Assembly: GCA_024679065.1 (NCBI GenBank)
Contig: JAGIQG010000009.1
Span: forward strand, 91,326,001 to 91,390,000
Length of the DNA: 64,000 nucleotides
DNA from: Sphyrna mokarran
Taxonomy: Eukaryota
Direction of reading: 5' to 3'
This document shows positions 26,871 through 40,085 of this stretch, piece by piece. The notes under the pieces are model-generated. The model saw nothing but the letters and a program-made list of their open reading frames with translations, did not search any database and was not told the origin of the DNA. Within the stretch, counting starts at the first letter, position 1; each line of letters opens with the position of its first letter. The position numbers and the translations under genes are program-made.

Positions 26871-28077
26871 ATCTTTCTACACCACCTTAAACTCCTTTTT
26901 AAAAAAAAAATTCCACATACTCTTCCAATACAACAACCCTCTGTACCCCCTTCCCCATCTCTCTCCTGCACTATATCATCATTTCACATTCTAAAGCTTG
27001 CAACTTCTTGCAATCTCTTACAGTTACAGTTTAATCTCGTTTTTCCCTCTTTTTAGTTCTGATGAAGTGCCAACGGACTCAAAATGTTAACTGTTTTCTC
27101 TCCCTACAGATGCTGCCAGCCCTGCTGAGTATATCCTGCATCCTTGGTTCTATATTCAGTTCCTTTCCCACTTTCACACACATAGCCTGTAATCAGTACA
27201 TCAGCACAAATGTCACCCAACATCACCCACTGCCCCTCCACCCCTTCACTCACCATCGTTGTCCCACACACTGTAATCAGTCTCTCTCCCCCTTTCTAGA
27301 CATTCAGACCCCCGACACCCAGACTTCACATAGACACTCCCCCACACACACAGACCGCTCCAACATATACACACACACAACTTACACCTCCCCCTCATGC
27401 CCCACCCACCCACTGCCCCCTCACCACATCCACACACACACAGACACACACACACACACCAGCGAGCACCTAAACAGCCAGCACAGACATGGCAGCTTTG
27501 AACAGCTGGACTCCAGCCCAAGCCTGAGCCAGTGTACAGTCATGTTGAAATGCAAGACACACAGGGAAATGGCAGGACCAGACTCCACATGGATCTCCAT
27601 CTCAGATGAAGGCTGCATCTACAAGATGCTCTGCAGTGACCCAGCACAGCTCCTTCACTGGGTCAGGACCCTGACCTCTCTTCCTAACAGCACTTGGCGT
27701 GTACCTACACCTCAGGGGACTGCAGCAGCTCCAAAAGATAGCTCAGCATCACCTCACCAGGGCAATTAGGGAATGGGCAATCAATGCTGACCTCAAATGA
27801 AGAACAAAAAACCTTCTAACCCCCCCTTCCCCCCGATGCCTGCCACTTAGGCAGAAATGAGCTACAGCCAGATGGGAACAGCAGTTTCTGGAAATTCTCC
27901 TTCCAGTCACTGACCATCCTGACTTGGAATTGAATCATTCCTAATCTGTGTGAAAATACACATGGACACCAAGGTCTCTCTGTTCAGTTACAATCTGCAA
28001 AATTATCCCCATCTATAGCACCTAATAAACCATTATGATGAAGCTTCTCCATGACCTTGTTGAAGAATTGCCTGTTT

Positions 28078-28149
28078 GGGGGCATAGCTTAGCGTTAGAG
28101 CATTTAATTGCAAATTAAGAGGTGCCTGGTTCAAATCCAGGTGTACCCT
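28078..28149 (+). tRNA. tRNA-Cys(GCA)-like gene or pseudogene
   Basis: 72 nt, GGGGGCATAGCTTAGCGTTAGAGCAT...GGTTCAAATCC. Anticodon arm TTTAA-TTGCAAA-TTAAG, perfect T-stem CCTGG/CCAGG, T-run directly after. One acceptor-stem mismatch. Confidence 0.75.
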
Positions 28150-28154
28150 TTTTC

Positions 28155-28630
28155 TTTACCAGGATGTTACATGGTATGGTGGACATTAGCTTCGAGGAGA
28201 GGTTGGAGAAACTTGGTTTGTTCTCACTAGAATGACAGAGGTTGAGGGGAGACCTGATAGAAGTCGACAAGATTATGAGAGGCATGGACAGTATGGATCG
28301 TCAGAAGCTTTTTCCCAGGGTGGAAGAGCCAATTACTAGAGGTCCAGCTTTAATGTGCGAGGGGCAAGGTTTAAGGGGGATATATGAGGCAGATTTATTT
28401 TTACAGAGGGTGATAGATGGCTGGAACTTGTAGCTGGGGAAGTAGTGGAACGGGTTATGGTAGTGACTTATATAGGGCATCTTGACAAATATATGACTAG
28501 GATGGGAATAGAGAAATATGGTCCCCTGGAAGGTTAACGGGTTTAGTTAAGCCGGGCAGCATGGTCGGTGCAGGCTTGGAGGGCCAAAAGGCCTGTTGTC
28601 GTGCTGTAATTTTTTTTGTTCTTTGTTCTA
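28155..28630 (+). mobile_element. CR1 3' fragment beginning at the FTRML codons
   Basis: LRGDLIEV and KLFPRVE motifs; tail GGGCCAAAAGGCCTGTTG...TTCTTTGTTCT. Confidence 0.88.
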
Positions 28631-28719
28631 ATTGAATCAAGTTTGTCTCCTTTTTTTTGAAGGATTATTTAGTCTCCATGGTGTGAAGCCCCCAGCATGA
28701 GGCACTGTGGAAGCAGCCT

Positions 28720-29095
28720 CTCATTGGCTATGAACTACATTACCCATGATGCCTGGCGGTGCTGTGTGAACACAGTAAGAAGTCTGACAACACCAGATTT
28801 AAATCCAACTGATTTATTTGATAGTAAACTTGCAAGCTTTCGACTCTATAGTCTCCGTCAGGTGAATGAAGTGTTCTGGTCTCCAACAGCACACATACCA
28901 GCACAGACTGTTTACAGATTACTGTGTTTACCCCAAGTCCAACGCCGACATCTCTACATCAGTGCTGTGTGGAACCAGGAGCTGCCCCTGTGCGTGATGG
29001 GAGATGTAGTTCTGACGTTCCGAGTGGCAGTTGGTGCACAGGAATTTGAATCGGAGAAAAGCACGAGTGGCTGTCACGCGGGAAGCGGCCGTTAA
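28720..29095. promoter_or_regulatory. Candidate promoter with two opposed ZNF143/Staf-type motifs and a CCAAT box
   Basis: AACTACATTACCCATGATGCC at 28733-28753 (+), AACTACATCTCCCATCACGCA at 29011-28991 (-), ATTGG near 28723, CpG-containing 3' part. Confidence 0.5.
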
Positions 29096-29490
29096 ACCCC
29101 TGAACCCCACCCCTCCCCCTTGAAAGCCACCCTCTTCCCCTGAACTCCTCCCCCTCCCCCTGAAACCCTCCCCCTCCCCCCGAACCCACTCCCTCCCCCC
29201 TGAACTCCTCCCCCTCCCTCTGAACCCACTCCTCCCCTCCCCCCTGAACTCCACTCCCTCCCCCAATCCCCAACCCCTCTCCTCAGAACCCAACCTCTCC
29301 CCCTGAAGCTCAACCTCTATCCCCAACCCCAATCCCTCTCCTGAATCCCATTCCCTCCTCCCAGAATCCCAACTTCTCCCCCAATCCCCAACCCTTCCCC
29401 CGAACCCCCTTCTCATTCAAACCTCCTCCCTACCCCCTCATCCCCAATCCCTCCTCTCTCCCCAACACCCTCCCCCTACCACCCCGGCCT
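29095..29490 (+). repeat. C-rich minisatellite of about 20 bp (CCCTGAACCCCACTCCCTCCC-like)
   Basis: Direct inspection. Confidence 0.8.
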
Positions 29491-30907
29491 CCGGGATGAT
29501 CTGTGATCTCAAACCCATTTGAAAATTGTCCCTGAACCCTGAGCTTGAAAATGTATGGAGTGTGAAAAGTTGCACAATGTTTATCCCAACTAATAGTAAT
29601 TTGGACCATAAACTCTGAAGCAAATTTAGTCAGTGAAACAGTCACAACTTCATTTGAAACAACAAAGGTAAGAAGTTAACTTTACAATTTTAACTTTAAC
29701 AACTCCATTTTTGACTTGCTGATTCTTTTAGAAACTTAAATACTTCCCAGAGACTCAGAACTTCCACCGCTTTGTTGAATTCTTTAGTCCATTCCTTTCT
29801 CTTCAGGGGTTGCTTCTCTTCCTTCATGGATTTTCTCTCTCTTCACTCAGAGGACAAGCTGCTCTGGTCTTTGCCGTGAGTAGGTTCACCTTTCAATAAG
29901 CTGGAGATTCAGGTTAGGTTAAGTCTTGCCAGCATTGGGTTTTTATAATTTTCTGGTGACTTTCTGGAATTTTCCAAGGGCTTGACCCATCAGGGGCATC
30001 AAGTTAATTGATTTTATCATCTTAAAATGTTATTAATGGTTTTCAATTGCTTGCTAACGCTTTGTATGTGTGCTTTGGGCCTGGGTGTCCAGTTTCTGGT
30101 CAGAATATGCATCTGGTTTTTTTGTTTTACTGAGACAGGTCTGCCCCATGTATTGAGTGGTTTGTTTGTCAGCAAATGTCTAACTGCCCTCTTATACTCA
30201 CTAATGTGTTCTGGATCATTTCTGGTTTTCAATTATCTGACTCTTGTAAAAGCCAGTCTCCAGGCAGAATTGTCTCAGTGTGTTTGGATTGAGCTATTCC
30301 CAGCATACCTTGCTTATTGGCCAATTTTTGTGCCCTGTTCTTATTTCAGCTGCTGTGTTTGTATTTCTGGCTTTATGGTTGTTTGTAGTTGGTTGCTTTT
30401 TAATGATTCTACTTTACTCGAGCAGCCACAGGCTGCTACATTGCTTCTCTTGAATAATAGGAGCATAAGCGAACACCGTCTATTGTACAAAGCTGAGGTA
30501 GGCCTGTCATGAAGTAGATGTGTTGATGAGGTAGACTTGTTGAAAAGATGAGCTATGGTATAAGTCATCACGAAGACAAATCAGATACTTCAATGAGCGT
30601 GCAGGTTAAGATAGTAAAGAGGGGTGGTTTGCAACTACACATTTTTTTAATCCAATTAATCAAATCAAGTCCAATTCAGAGTCTCAACAAGTTGAGACAT
30701 TCCCAATCCAAGCTGACAAAACAGGGCTCTCACCTTCTGTCTTGGGCTTGATCGACATGATCCAAGCTGATTGGAGTAGGCATAGCTCCTCCTCCAAGGC
30801 TTCATCTCATTCGCATCTTAGTCAAAACACGAAGATGGCCCTTTTAAAAATTTCTTCAAATGAAGCTAAAATGTAACATAATAACTTCAACCATGCACAG
30901 CATGTCA

Positions 30908-30934
30908 ATACTACATTTGATCTTAGCCAAAAGG
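30908..30934 (-). ncRNA. U2 snRNA 5' fragment (about nt 13-39); pseudogene or retroelement-associated
   Basis: Minus strand CCTTTTGGCTAAGATCAAATGTAGTAT versus U2 CCTTTTGGCTAAGATCAAGTGTAGTAT (one mismatch). Confidence 0.8.
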
Positions 30935-31529
30935 ATGTATATCAGTTAACTCTATTAAGCTTATGTGTGCAGGAATTGGGGTTTGAAACAAAGAGTGGTG
31001 GTTATCATGTTGTAAGTGGAATCTCCATGCTGATAGCTATTAGGGTTCTTATACAGTATCTCCCTCCCCGCTGTAAGAGAACTATCCTCAGGCTCCTAGC
31101 TTCGAGGGTTCAGTTTGTTTAAAATCACAGAGAACATGTTCGTTTGGAGATACAGGGTAGGAGCAAAAGATGGTGTGACCTGTCTTTCATATTTGCTTAG
31201 GGTGATGCCTATCAGCGTCCCCTGTCTCTCCGTACCATATAGAAGGCATCGTGGTAATGCATCTTTCTTTATATTCCCAATATTTTTGACTTCAAAGACC
31301 CTCAAACCAACTTTGTCAATAGGAATAATTGGAATCCCTAGCACTGAGCCCAGCATCTTGTCGAGACTGACCTTGCAGTTGTTAGTGAAGTACACTTTAA
31401 TAAGCTGCCATAACTGACATCTGGAGATTCCCGGAACAAAAGTTCAAGCTCCATGTCACTGACCCAGGACAGGAGTTTCCTTCAGCTGGCCTGTCGGAGG
31501 TCGTCACTGTCACTGTCTCCCCTCACCAT

Positions 31530-32230
31530 CCTCTCACTCTCCCATCACTCTCCTCCTGTCAGAGTCACTCCCTCCCCTCACTCTCCCCCTGTCAGGGTCT
31601 CTCCCTCCCCTCACTCTCCCTCTGTCAGGGTGACTCCCTCCCCTCACTCTCCCCCTGTCAGGGTCACTCCCTCCCCTCACTCTCCCTCTGTCAGGGTCAC
31701 TCCCTCCCCTCACTCTCCCTCTGTCAGGGTCACTCCCTCCCCTCACTCTCCCTCTGTCAGGGTCACTCCCTCCCCTCACTCTCCCTCTGTCAGTGTCTCT
31801 CCCTCCCCTCACTCTCCCCCTGTCAGGATCACTCCCTCCCCTCACTCTCCCTCTGTCAGGGTCACTCCCTCCCATCACTCTCCTCCTGTCAGAGTCACTC
31901 CCTCCCCTCACTCTCCTCCTATCAGGGTCTCTCCCTTCCCTCACTCTCCCTCTGTCAGGGTCACTCTCTCCTCTCATTCTCCCCCTGATAGGGTCACTCC
32001 TTCACCTCACTCTCCTCCTGTCAGAGTCACTCCTTCACCTCACTCTCCTCCTGTCAGGGTCACTCCCTCCCCTCACTCTCCTCCTGTCAGGGTCACTCCC
32101 TCCCCTCACTCTCCCTCTGTCAGGGTCATCCCTCCCCTCACTCTCTCCTCTGTCAGGGTCCTCCCTCCCCTCACTCTCCCTCTGTCGGGTCACTCCCCCC
32201 CTCACTCTCCCTCTGTCAGGGTCACTCTCA
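31530..32230 (+). repeat. 30-bp minisatellite (TCACTCTCCCTCTGTCAGGGTCACTCCCTCCCC-like)
   Basis: Tandem units give the PHSPSVRVTPS pseudo-ORF. Confidence 0.95.
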
Positions 32231-32249
32231 CCAGAGTTGGCAACATGAC

Positions 32250-33025
32250 GTCGGCTGAGAGGGGATCTATTAGAGGTATATAAGATTATAAGGGGTATAG
32301 ATAGGTAAATGGTGGTAAGCTTTTTCCACCATTAGAAATGGATAGAACAAGGGGTCACGGCCTTAGGGTGAAGGGGGCTATGTATAAGACTAATATTAGA
32401 GGGCATTTTTTCACACAAAGGGCAGTGGGGGTGTGGAATGCACTACCGAGTAAGGTGGTGGGAGCAGGCACGCTAGGGTTGTTTAAGGGTCTCTTGGACA
32501 GCCACATGAGCGGTCTGCAGATAGAGGGGTATAGCAGGACTGTCTAAATATCTTATTTGTTTCCACAGGCAATTCGGTCCACCTTGTTGACCAACAAGGT
32601 GCATGCATTCGGCAGGTCGTGCGAGGGCTGCTCTTGGATGTTGCTTCAGGAGTGGCCTAGTGCTTCAAGTCGTTACTGTATGCTTAAACTGGACCATCTG
32701 ATGGGCAACATGACAGCTCAGAGAACATCGCTGTTGCTGTGCAGACACATAGATTTGGGCCTGTGTCTGCGGGAGTTTGCGTGTTCTCCCTGTGGTTGCA
32801 TGGGTTTTCTCCGGGTGCTCCAGTTTCCTCCCACATCCCAAAAATGTGCTCTTAGGCTGATTGGGTAACAAATTGTCCCTATATTGGTCCCTCTATGGGA
32901 ATCTTCCACAATAGGCATAGCCTAAAGTCATGGATATGTCATTAAGACGTTAGGACGGCGGCGCAGGCTCATTGGGCCGAAGGGCCTGTTTCCCGTGCTG
33001 TGTTACTCTTTGTTCTTTGTTTTTT
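32250..33025 (+). mobile_element. CR1 3' fragment (xYxRTV subfamily) with V-domain 3'UTR
   Basis: ORF2 end 32338-32547; UTR homologous to 14208-14670. Confidence 0.9.
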
Positions 33026-36000
33026 GTATGACACAGTATTAAGGAATCGTGAGCAGCAGTCCCTACGGGTTACCTCCCAGAGGCCTATTCCATGTGTTGG
33101 ATGGATACAACAGATAGAGTCATTGTTACAGAGTCATTATTATCGATGCTCTAACCCCAAGTCTACACAATTTTATCTATACTTCCCTTCATGGCTGGTA
33201 GAACAAGGGTCGTGAGAAGCAGCAAGAGAATCATCCTATCACTTAATTATAACCCGCGCGACTGTTATCCAATGGACCAAAGGCTATATCACTGGTGTGC
33301 AATTTCCCGTACACCAGTTCAGCTTGCCTGGAGACCAATTATCTCATGGATCTGTGAATTGAGTACATTACATATTTTTCCAATTGGTGTCGGTATATTT
33401 TTTTAACTGAGTCCGATGTTTCCTGACGTCCCTGCCTTGCATATCTACGGCGACACAGATATCACCACTGATTATGACCTCATAGAGGCCATTCCGTTTG
33501 GGGGTGAACTCAGGCTTTCCAGGTAACGTCTTCATCATAACCTTGCTGCCCGCTGGGTGGGGGGGTATCTCAGGGGCCAGTGCTAGCTCATTTTGCTCAT
33601 CCTTCACTATATGGTTTTCCCTTTCTCTTTTTCACATATCCTTCAGTTCGGCGCTTAGTTCTAAAACATATTGTCTAAATCTATCCCGTAATGGGCCCAT
33701 ATCTGTCCCACCGGTAATAATGGACTTGGACAGTTGCACAGCCCTTCTGGTCATTCGCTCACATGGAGTCAACCCAGTGGTTTGATTCGTAGTGGCTCTG
33801 AGTTTCATTAATATGGTGGGTAACACCTCGGTCCATTTTTTTCCTGAATACTGCATGGCCTTTGCCAGGGAGGTCTTTAGTGTTCTATTCACATGCTCCA
33901 CCATTCCCGAGCTTTGAGGATGAGAGGGTATGTGAAATTTCTGTTTTATCCCATCAGTTGACATACAGTTTTTATTACCCTCCCCGTGAAGTGTGTGCCT
34001 TGATCGGATTGTAACAGTACCCTCCATTTTGGGATAACTTCGTCAACTAATATTCTCACCACCGTAATGGCTGAACAATTTTTAGTCGGGAATGTCTCTA
34101 CTCATTGGTGAATTGGTCAATTATCACTAAGCAGCAGGTTCTCCCATGTGACTGTGGAAGAGGTCCTGTAAAGTCAATTTGTAGATGTTCCCTGGGGCCC
34201 TTAGGGTGAGCTGGTGCCTGATCCTGATTTGTTTACTCCCTGGGTTATACTGGGCACAAATTACATACCAATGACAATACCATGCAACATCCCATCCTAT
34301 TCCTTTCCACCACCACTCTTTCCCTGTACTGGTTGTCATGGCATCTCTCCCCACATGTGACAGTCCATGAGATAACTACATCTGGCGCTAGAATATCATT
34401 TAATCACAAGCAGCCTTTTTATCAAATGTAGCTCCCTGAGCTTTCCACCTCGCACACTCTTCTTCAGGTGTATCAGCATGTAGCTATGAGATGTCTGTTG
34501 GGGGTTCAACAGTAACCGAGGCAGCTGACACGGCTTGCAATTCTCTTGTTTCTAAGGCTGATTGTGTTGCTTTGTCAGTTGCCTGGTTTCCCTTAAAAAT
34601 ATATCATTCAGGGTTTTGCTTATCTGGTCCCCTTTGGTGTGCTTTTAACTTCAATACCTCAACTTCCAGGGGGAGTTTGCTGGCATCTAATAAGGTTTCA
34701 ATTATCTGTCCATGCTTGATTGAGATACCTCCCATTGTAACAAATCCCCTTCTTCCCCAAACAGCCATTTAGGCATGCATAATTGCAAATGCATATCGAC
34801 TGTCAGTGTAAATCTTGACTCTTCTCCCCGCCACCTCAGTAAAAGCCTGGGTCAAGGCCGCTCGTTCTGCCACTTGTGCTGACATACGTCCCTCTATTCT
34901 TCCTGCTCGGACCACTGCCCATCCTGTTCGCAGTAACCCAACTACATACTTCTGTAACCCATCCGCAAACAGGGTCAACTCCGGTGCCTCCAAGGGCACA
35001 TTCTTTATTCTATTTTCCTCTATCTCCTCATTGATGCTTCTGCACGTGTGTTATTTCCCTTCATCTAACATTCCTTCAGCGGGGTTCTCTCTCATATTTC
35101 GTACGATGGTGATGGAATTAGAGAGGGGATGAAGTACTGCCTCCCATTTCGCCCTTCTCATATTTGAGACAGATCATAATTTTCCAGTGTTTAACATTTC
35201 CACCAAGGTATGTTTGGTGTGCAAGACTATATTTCCCATCATTACAATGGGCTAGCTGACTTTTACTGCCCGTGCCGTGCAATCAAGCGAGGCTGTACAC
35301 CAGGGTAATCCAAATACTACAGAGCCCTCAGCTGTAGAATAATATCCCACCGGCCGCTACTTGTCCCCATGGGTTTGGGTTACTACTGCCAAATAGAACC
35401 CTCCTTCACTGTTACAGTAGATATGGAAATCCTTGTTAGTCCTTATTGAACTGGTAACCCTTGTCCTGAGGCCCACATTAATCCTGCTTTTAGATTACTA
35501 TATGCCTCTTCCTGTTACGATCCCCACTCCACAATTTTAGAGTGGGTTCCCCCCTTTTAATTGCCTTTGGATTGGCTCAACTAATTTGGCATATTCTGGT
35601 ATGAAGTTGTGGCTGTAATTAAACAATCCCAAAACCTTCCTTACCCCTCAGACAGTTACTGGTCTTAGCCTTTGTTGTATTGTCGTTTTTTTTTGGCTAC
35701 AGGCATTTCCTTGGTCCTTTTGGATATTAAATGTCACAAATATAGTACCTGTGGTTTTCCTATTTGGGCCTTTTTAGGGCTTGCCTCAGTCCTCGATCTT
35801 CTAAGTGCTTCAAGACTGAGTATAGTGCTGTCTGATGTTCTGCATTAGTTTCAGAGGCTATCAAGATGTCATCTATATACTGTAAAATTTTGCTCCCTTT
35901 CAGGAGTTCCACTTGTTCCAATATCTTACTTATTACCGGTGAAATATGGCTGGGCTGTTATGGAATCCCTGAGGGAACTTAGTGCATGTAAACTGCTTAT

Positions 36001-36867
36001 CACTCACTGTGAGGGCAAATTTATTCTGTGAATTAAAATCCAAGGGGATGGATCAAAATCCATTAGCAATGTCTAATACTGTAAAAATCTCATGGGATGG
36101 TGGCAACCCATTTAGATTGGAGGAGATCCCACAATGGGATGTAGTTTAGCAGTTACTTTAATTAAAGTATGTAATCAATGGTTAATTGGTAACTCCCATC
36201 CGGTTTGGACAGCGGCCAAGTCAGGGCATTGGTGGTAATGGTGGTCTCCTGCAGGATCCCCTTTTCCACCAATCACTTCACAATTTCCTCAACTGCCTCT
36301 TGACTTTGGGCTTAATCGGATATTGTCAGTGAGGTTTATGCTCCAGACCTTCCACTGTTATGGAGTGAATGTTAATTACCAGGTATCTAGTTTAGTTTTT
36401 GCCCATATCCCTGGGATGGAAGTGCATATGGCCCCAAATCCGCTGTCCTCTAATCGCCAGTCACATCCTGTCACAGATGCAGCATGGATGATTCCCAAAT
36501 GATTTGCACAGGCTCCCACTTTTTCCTTTTTGGCATCGGGACGGGGCCAAATCAATTCACCTTTTCCACAATCTATTAAAACTTCATATTCCTTCATTAA
36601 ATCATTCCCCATAATTGTTCCTTTATTGTTCTTACACACATAAAATCACATAGGTATATACAATTATTTAATTCTACCAGAATGGTTTCACTTAGATAGG
36701 CTGGGGTTTTCTGTCCGTTAATTCCTCTCACATAAATCATTTTATTAGTTGTGGGTAGTGGTAGATTCATAATGGATATGGAGGACTCCACGTCCACCAG
36801 CATTTCAAACTGTCTGCCCCCTATTAGCACAGACACATAAATCCTACTTTCCTTATTACCTGTACCT

Positions 36868-38822
36868 AAGAACAAAGAACAAAACAGCACGGGAAACAAG
36901 CCCATCGGCCCAACGAGCCCGCGCTGCCACCCCGATGTTCCCACCTCTACTCGCGATCACTCTCTATGTTTATAGATCTATGGATTAAAAACCAAATTTG
37001 AGAAAATTTAGGGAGAATTTGTTTTGCCAATTAGCGTAAGAGCAGATCTTTGGGATGTGGGAGGAAACTGGAGCTCCCGGAGAAAACCCACGCAAGCACG
37101 GGGAGAATGTGCAAATTCCCACAGATACAGGCCCAAATCCATGTATCTGCACAGCACAGCATTAGTCACTGAGCTGTCGTGTTGCCCATCAGATGGGCCA
37201 GGTCAAGCATACACTAACGACGTGAAGCAGTAGGATACTCTCGAAAAAGATCCAAGAGCAGTCCTCTCACAACCCATCGCGTGTATGCCCCTCGTTAGAC
37301 ACAAGGTGGACCAAAGCACCTGTAGAATAAAAACAAGTACATCAATATCATCATCTATTTACACACTTCCCAGGGACTCCCAAGGCTCATGATCCCTATT
37401 TTAAATCAGTTTTCTATACCCCTCCATTCCCATTCTGTTCATGTGCCCATCTAAATATTTCTTAAATAACTCCAGAGTACCTGCCTCCACCACTTTACTT
37501 GGCAGCGCATTCCATACCCCCACCACCCTCTGTGTGAAAAAACTCCCTCTAGCACCCAAATTATACCTTACCCCCCTCACCCTAAGCCCGTGACCCCTCG
37601 TGCTATTCGAGTCCATCCTAGGAAAAAGCTTAACCCTGTTTACTCTATCTATACCCCTCATAATCTTGTACACCTCTATCAGATCTCCTCTAAGGCTACG
37701 TCTTTCTAAGGAAAACAGTCCCAATTTGCCTGACCTCTCCTCGTAACTCAGTCCTTCCATACCAGGCAGCATCCTGGTAAACCTCCTCTGCACTCTCTCC
37801 AGAGTCTCCACGTCCTTCCAGTAGTAAGGCGACCAGAACTGGACGCAGTATTCCAAATGAGGTCTAACCAAAGTTTTATACAACTGCAACATTAAAGGCC
37901 AGCTCTTGTACTCTATATCCCTTCCTATAAAGGCTAACATACTATATGCCTTCTTCACAACCTTCTCCACTTGCTCTGCCACCTTCAGAGACTTGTTCAC
38001 CTGCACCCTCAGGTCCCTCTGCGTTTCTATACTCTTAATAGGTCTACCCTTTATCATATACCTCCCCCCTACATTCTTTCTCCCAAAATGCATCACCTCG
38101 CATTTATCAGGATTGAATTCCATCTGCCATCTGTCTGCCCAAGCTACCAGCCTATCTATGTCCTGCTGCATCGCCTGACAATGCTCCTCAATATCCGCAA
38201 GTCCAGCCATCTTTGTATTGTCTGCAAACTTGCTGATCACTCCACTTACTCCCTCTTCCAAGTCATTTATATATATTACAAATAGAAGAGGTCCCAGTAC
38301 CGAGCCCTGCGGCACACCACTAGCGACCGACCTCCAGCTAGAGAAACACCCTTCCACTATTACTCTCTGTCTCCTATTACCAAGCCAGTTACTTATCCAT
38401 CTAGCTACCTGTCCTTGTATCCCATTTGCCTTGACCTTCTCGACTAACCTCCCATGAGGGACTTTGTCAAACACCTAACTAAAATCGATATAGACAACAT
38501 CAACGGCTCGCCCTTCGTCCACTGATTTTGTCACCTCCTGAAAAAACTCTACCAGATTTGTAAGGCTCAACCTCCCCTTAACAAATCCATGCTGCTTATC
38601 CCTAATCAGATCACAACGCTCTAAGTGCCTATACATCCTTTCTCTAAGAATCCCCTCCAACAGCTTCCCTACCACTGACGTTAAACTCACCTGCCTATAA
38701 TTTCCGGGCTTATCCCTACTATCCTTTTTAAACAACGGCACAACATTAGCTATTCTCTAGTCCTCTGGGACCTCACCTGTGTCCAAGGAAGAGACAAAGA
38801 GTTGCGTCAGAGGCCCAGCAAT
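36868..38822 (-). mobile_element. Young CR1 (GYRKLI subfamily) inserted at the ERV gag/protease junction
   Basis: ORFs 38741-38475 and 38474-37401; full 3'UTR and tail. Confidence 0.95.
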
Positions 38823-39302
38823 GGGAGCTGGCGACTGTCAGTTAGCCTCTTCCATTGCAATGGGGGAGGCTGGGTTATGTTGACAATGTTTGCTCCAACA
38901 AATGGCTTCTGTATGTCCACTCTTCTGGCAAAATTGGCATGTAAGCATTTTCCTCTTATCTCCCCTTTGGGGCCCTACAGTCCTGGGCAAAATATCCCGG
39001 CTTCTCACAATTATGACAAGTCCCCTTAAGTTTGATCCCATTAGTTAAGGCTATGTGCTCCTGCTTTATTCTTGGGTATTGCTTTTTGCCTGGTCTGTCC
39101 TTAATTCCACAAGCCCATTCCACTAATTCATCATAATCCTGTGACCTGATAACTCCCATTTTAAGGATTTTCTGATGAGCTGGCGACAGCCCATCTTTAA
39201 ATGTCTGGATAAATGCTCTATCTGTACGGGCTGCTTCGGGTATTCCCGAGCATTCCTGGTTGACCTTAAAAAGTCGCTTCATGTATTCGGAGGCCCCTTC
39301 AC

Positions 39303-40085
39303 AAGATTACGAGGGGTCTAGATAGAGTAAACAGTGGTAAGCTTTTTCCTAGGTTGGAATCAAATATCACAAGGGGTCACGGGCTTAGGGTGAGGGGAGT
39401 AAGGTATAATTTGGATGCTCGAGTGAGTTTTTTCACACAGAGGGTGGTGGGGGTATGGAACACGCTGCCAAGTAAGGTGGTGGAGGCAGGCACTCTGGAG
39501 TTATTTAAGAAATACTTAGATGGGCACATGAACAGAATGGGAATGGAGGGATATAGAAAACTGATTTAAAATAGGGATCATGAGCCTTGGGAGTTCCCTG
39601 GCAAGTGTGTAAATAGATGATGATATTGATGTACTTCTGTTTTATCCTACAGGTACTTTGGTCCGCTTTGTTGTCTGACAAGGGGCATACACGTGATGGG
39701 TCGTGAGAGGGCTGCTCTTGGATTTTTCGAAAATAGCCTATTGCTTGAACTGGGCAGTTGATGGGCAACATGACAGCTCAGTGACTATCGCTGTGCTGTG
39801 CACATACATGGATTTGGGCCTGTGTCTGTGGGAGTTTGTACATTCTCCCTGTGCTTGCGTGGGTTTTCTCCAGGTGCTCTGGTTTCCTCCTACACCCCAA
39901 AGATGTGCTCTTAGGCTGATTGGCAAAACAAATTCTCCCTAAATTGTCTCACAAATTTGGTTCCAATGCATAGATGTATAAACATAGACAGGGGTCATGG
40001 GTAGAAATGAGAACATCGAGATGGCAGCGCTGGCTCGTTGGGCCAAATGGCCTGTTTCTCATGCTGTTTTGTTCTTTGTTCTTTG
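39303..40085 (+). mobile_element. Young CR1 3' fragment inserted in ERV gag
   Basis: TTCAC duplicated at 39298-39302 and 40086-40090; removing the insert restores gag KQQKGEGASEYMKRL. Confidence 0.93.

Noticed and set aside
27460-27490. Possible leader exon for gene A (gccATG TCT GTG CTG GCT GTT TAG GTG CTC GCT G|gt, phase 1)
   Set aside because: Only 10 codons, contains an in-frame TAG, the donor runs into a GT repeat, and no paralogous copy is available for confirmation.
31453-32283. 276-aa Pro/Ser-rich ORF
   Set aside because: Product of the 30-bp minisatellite.
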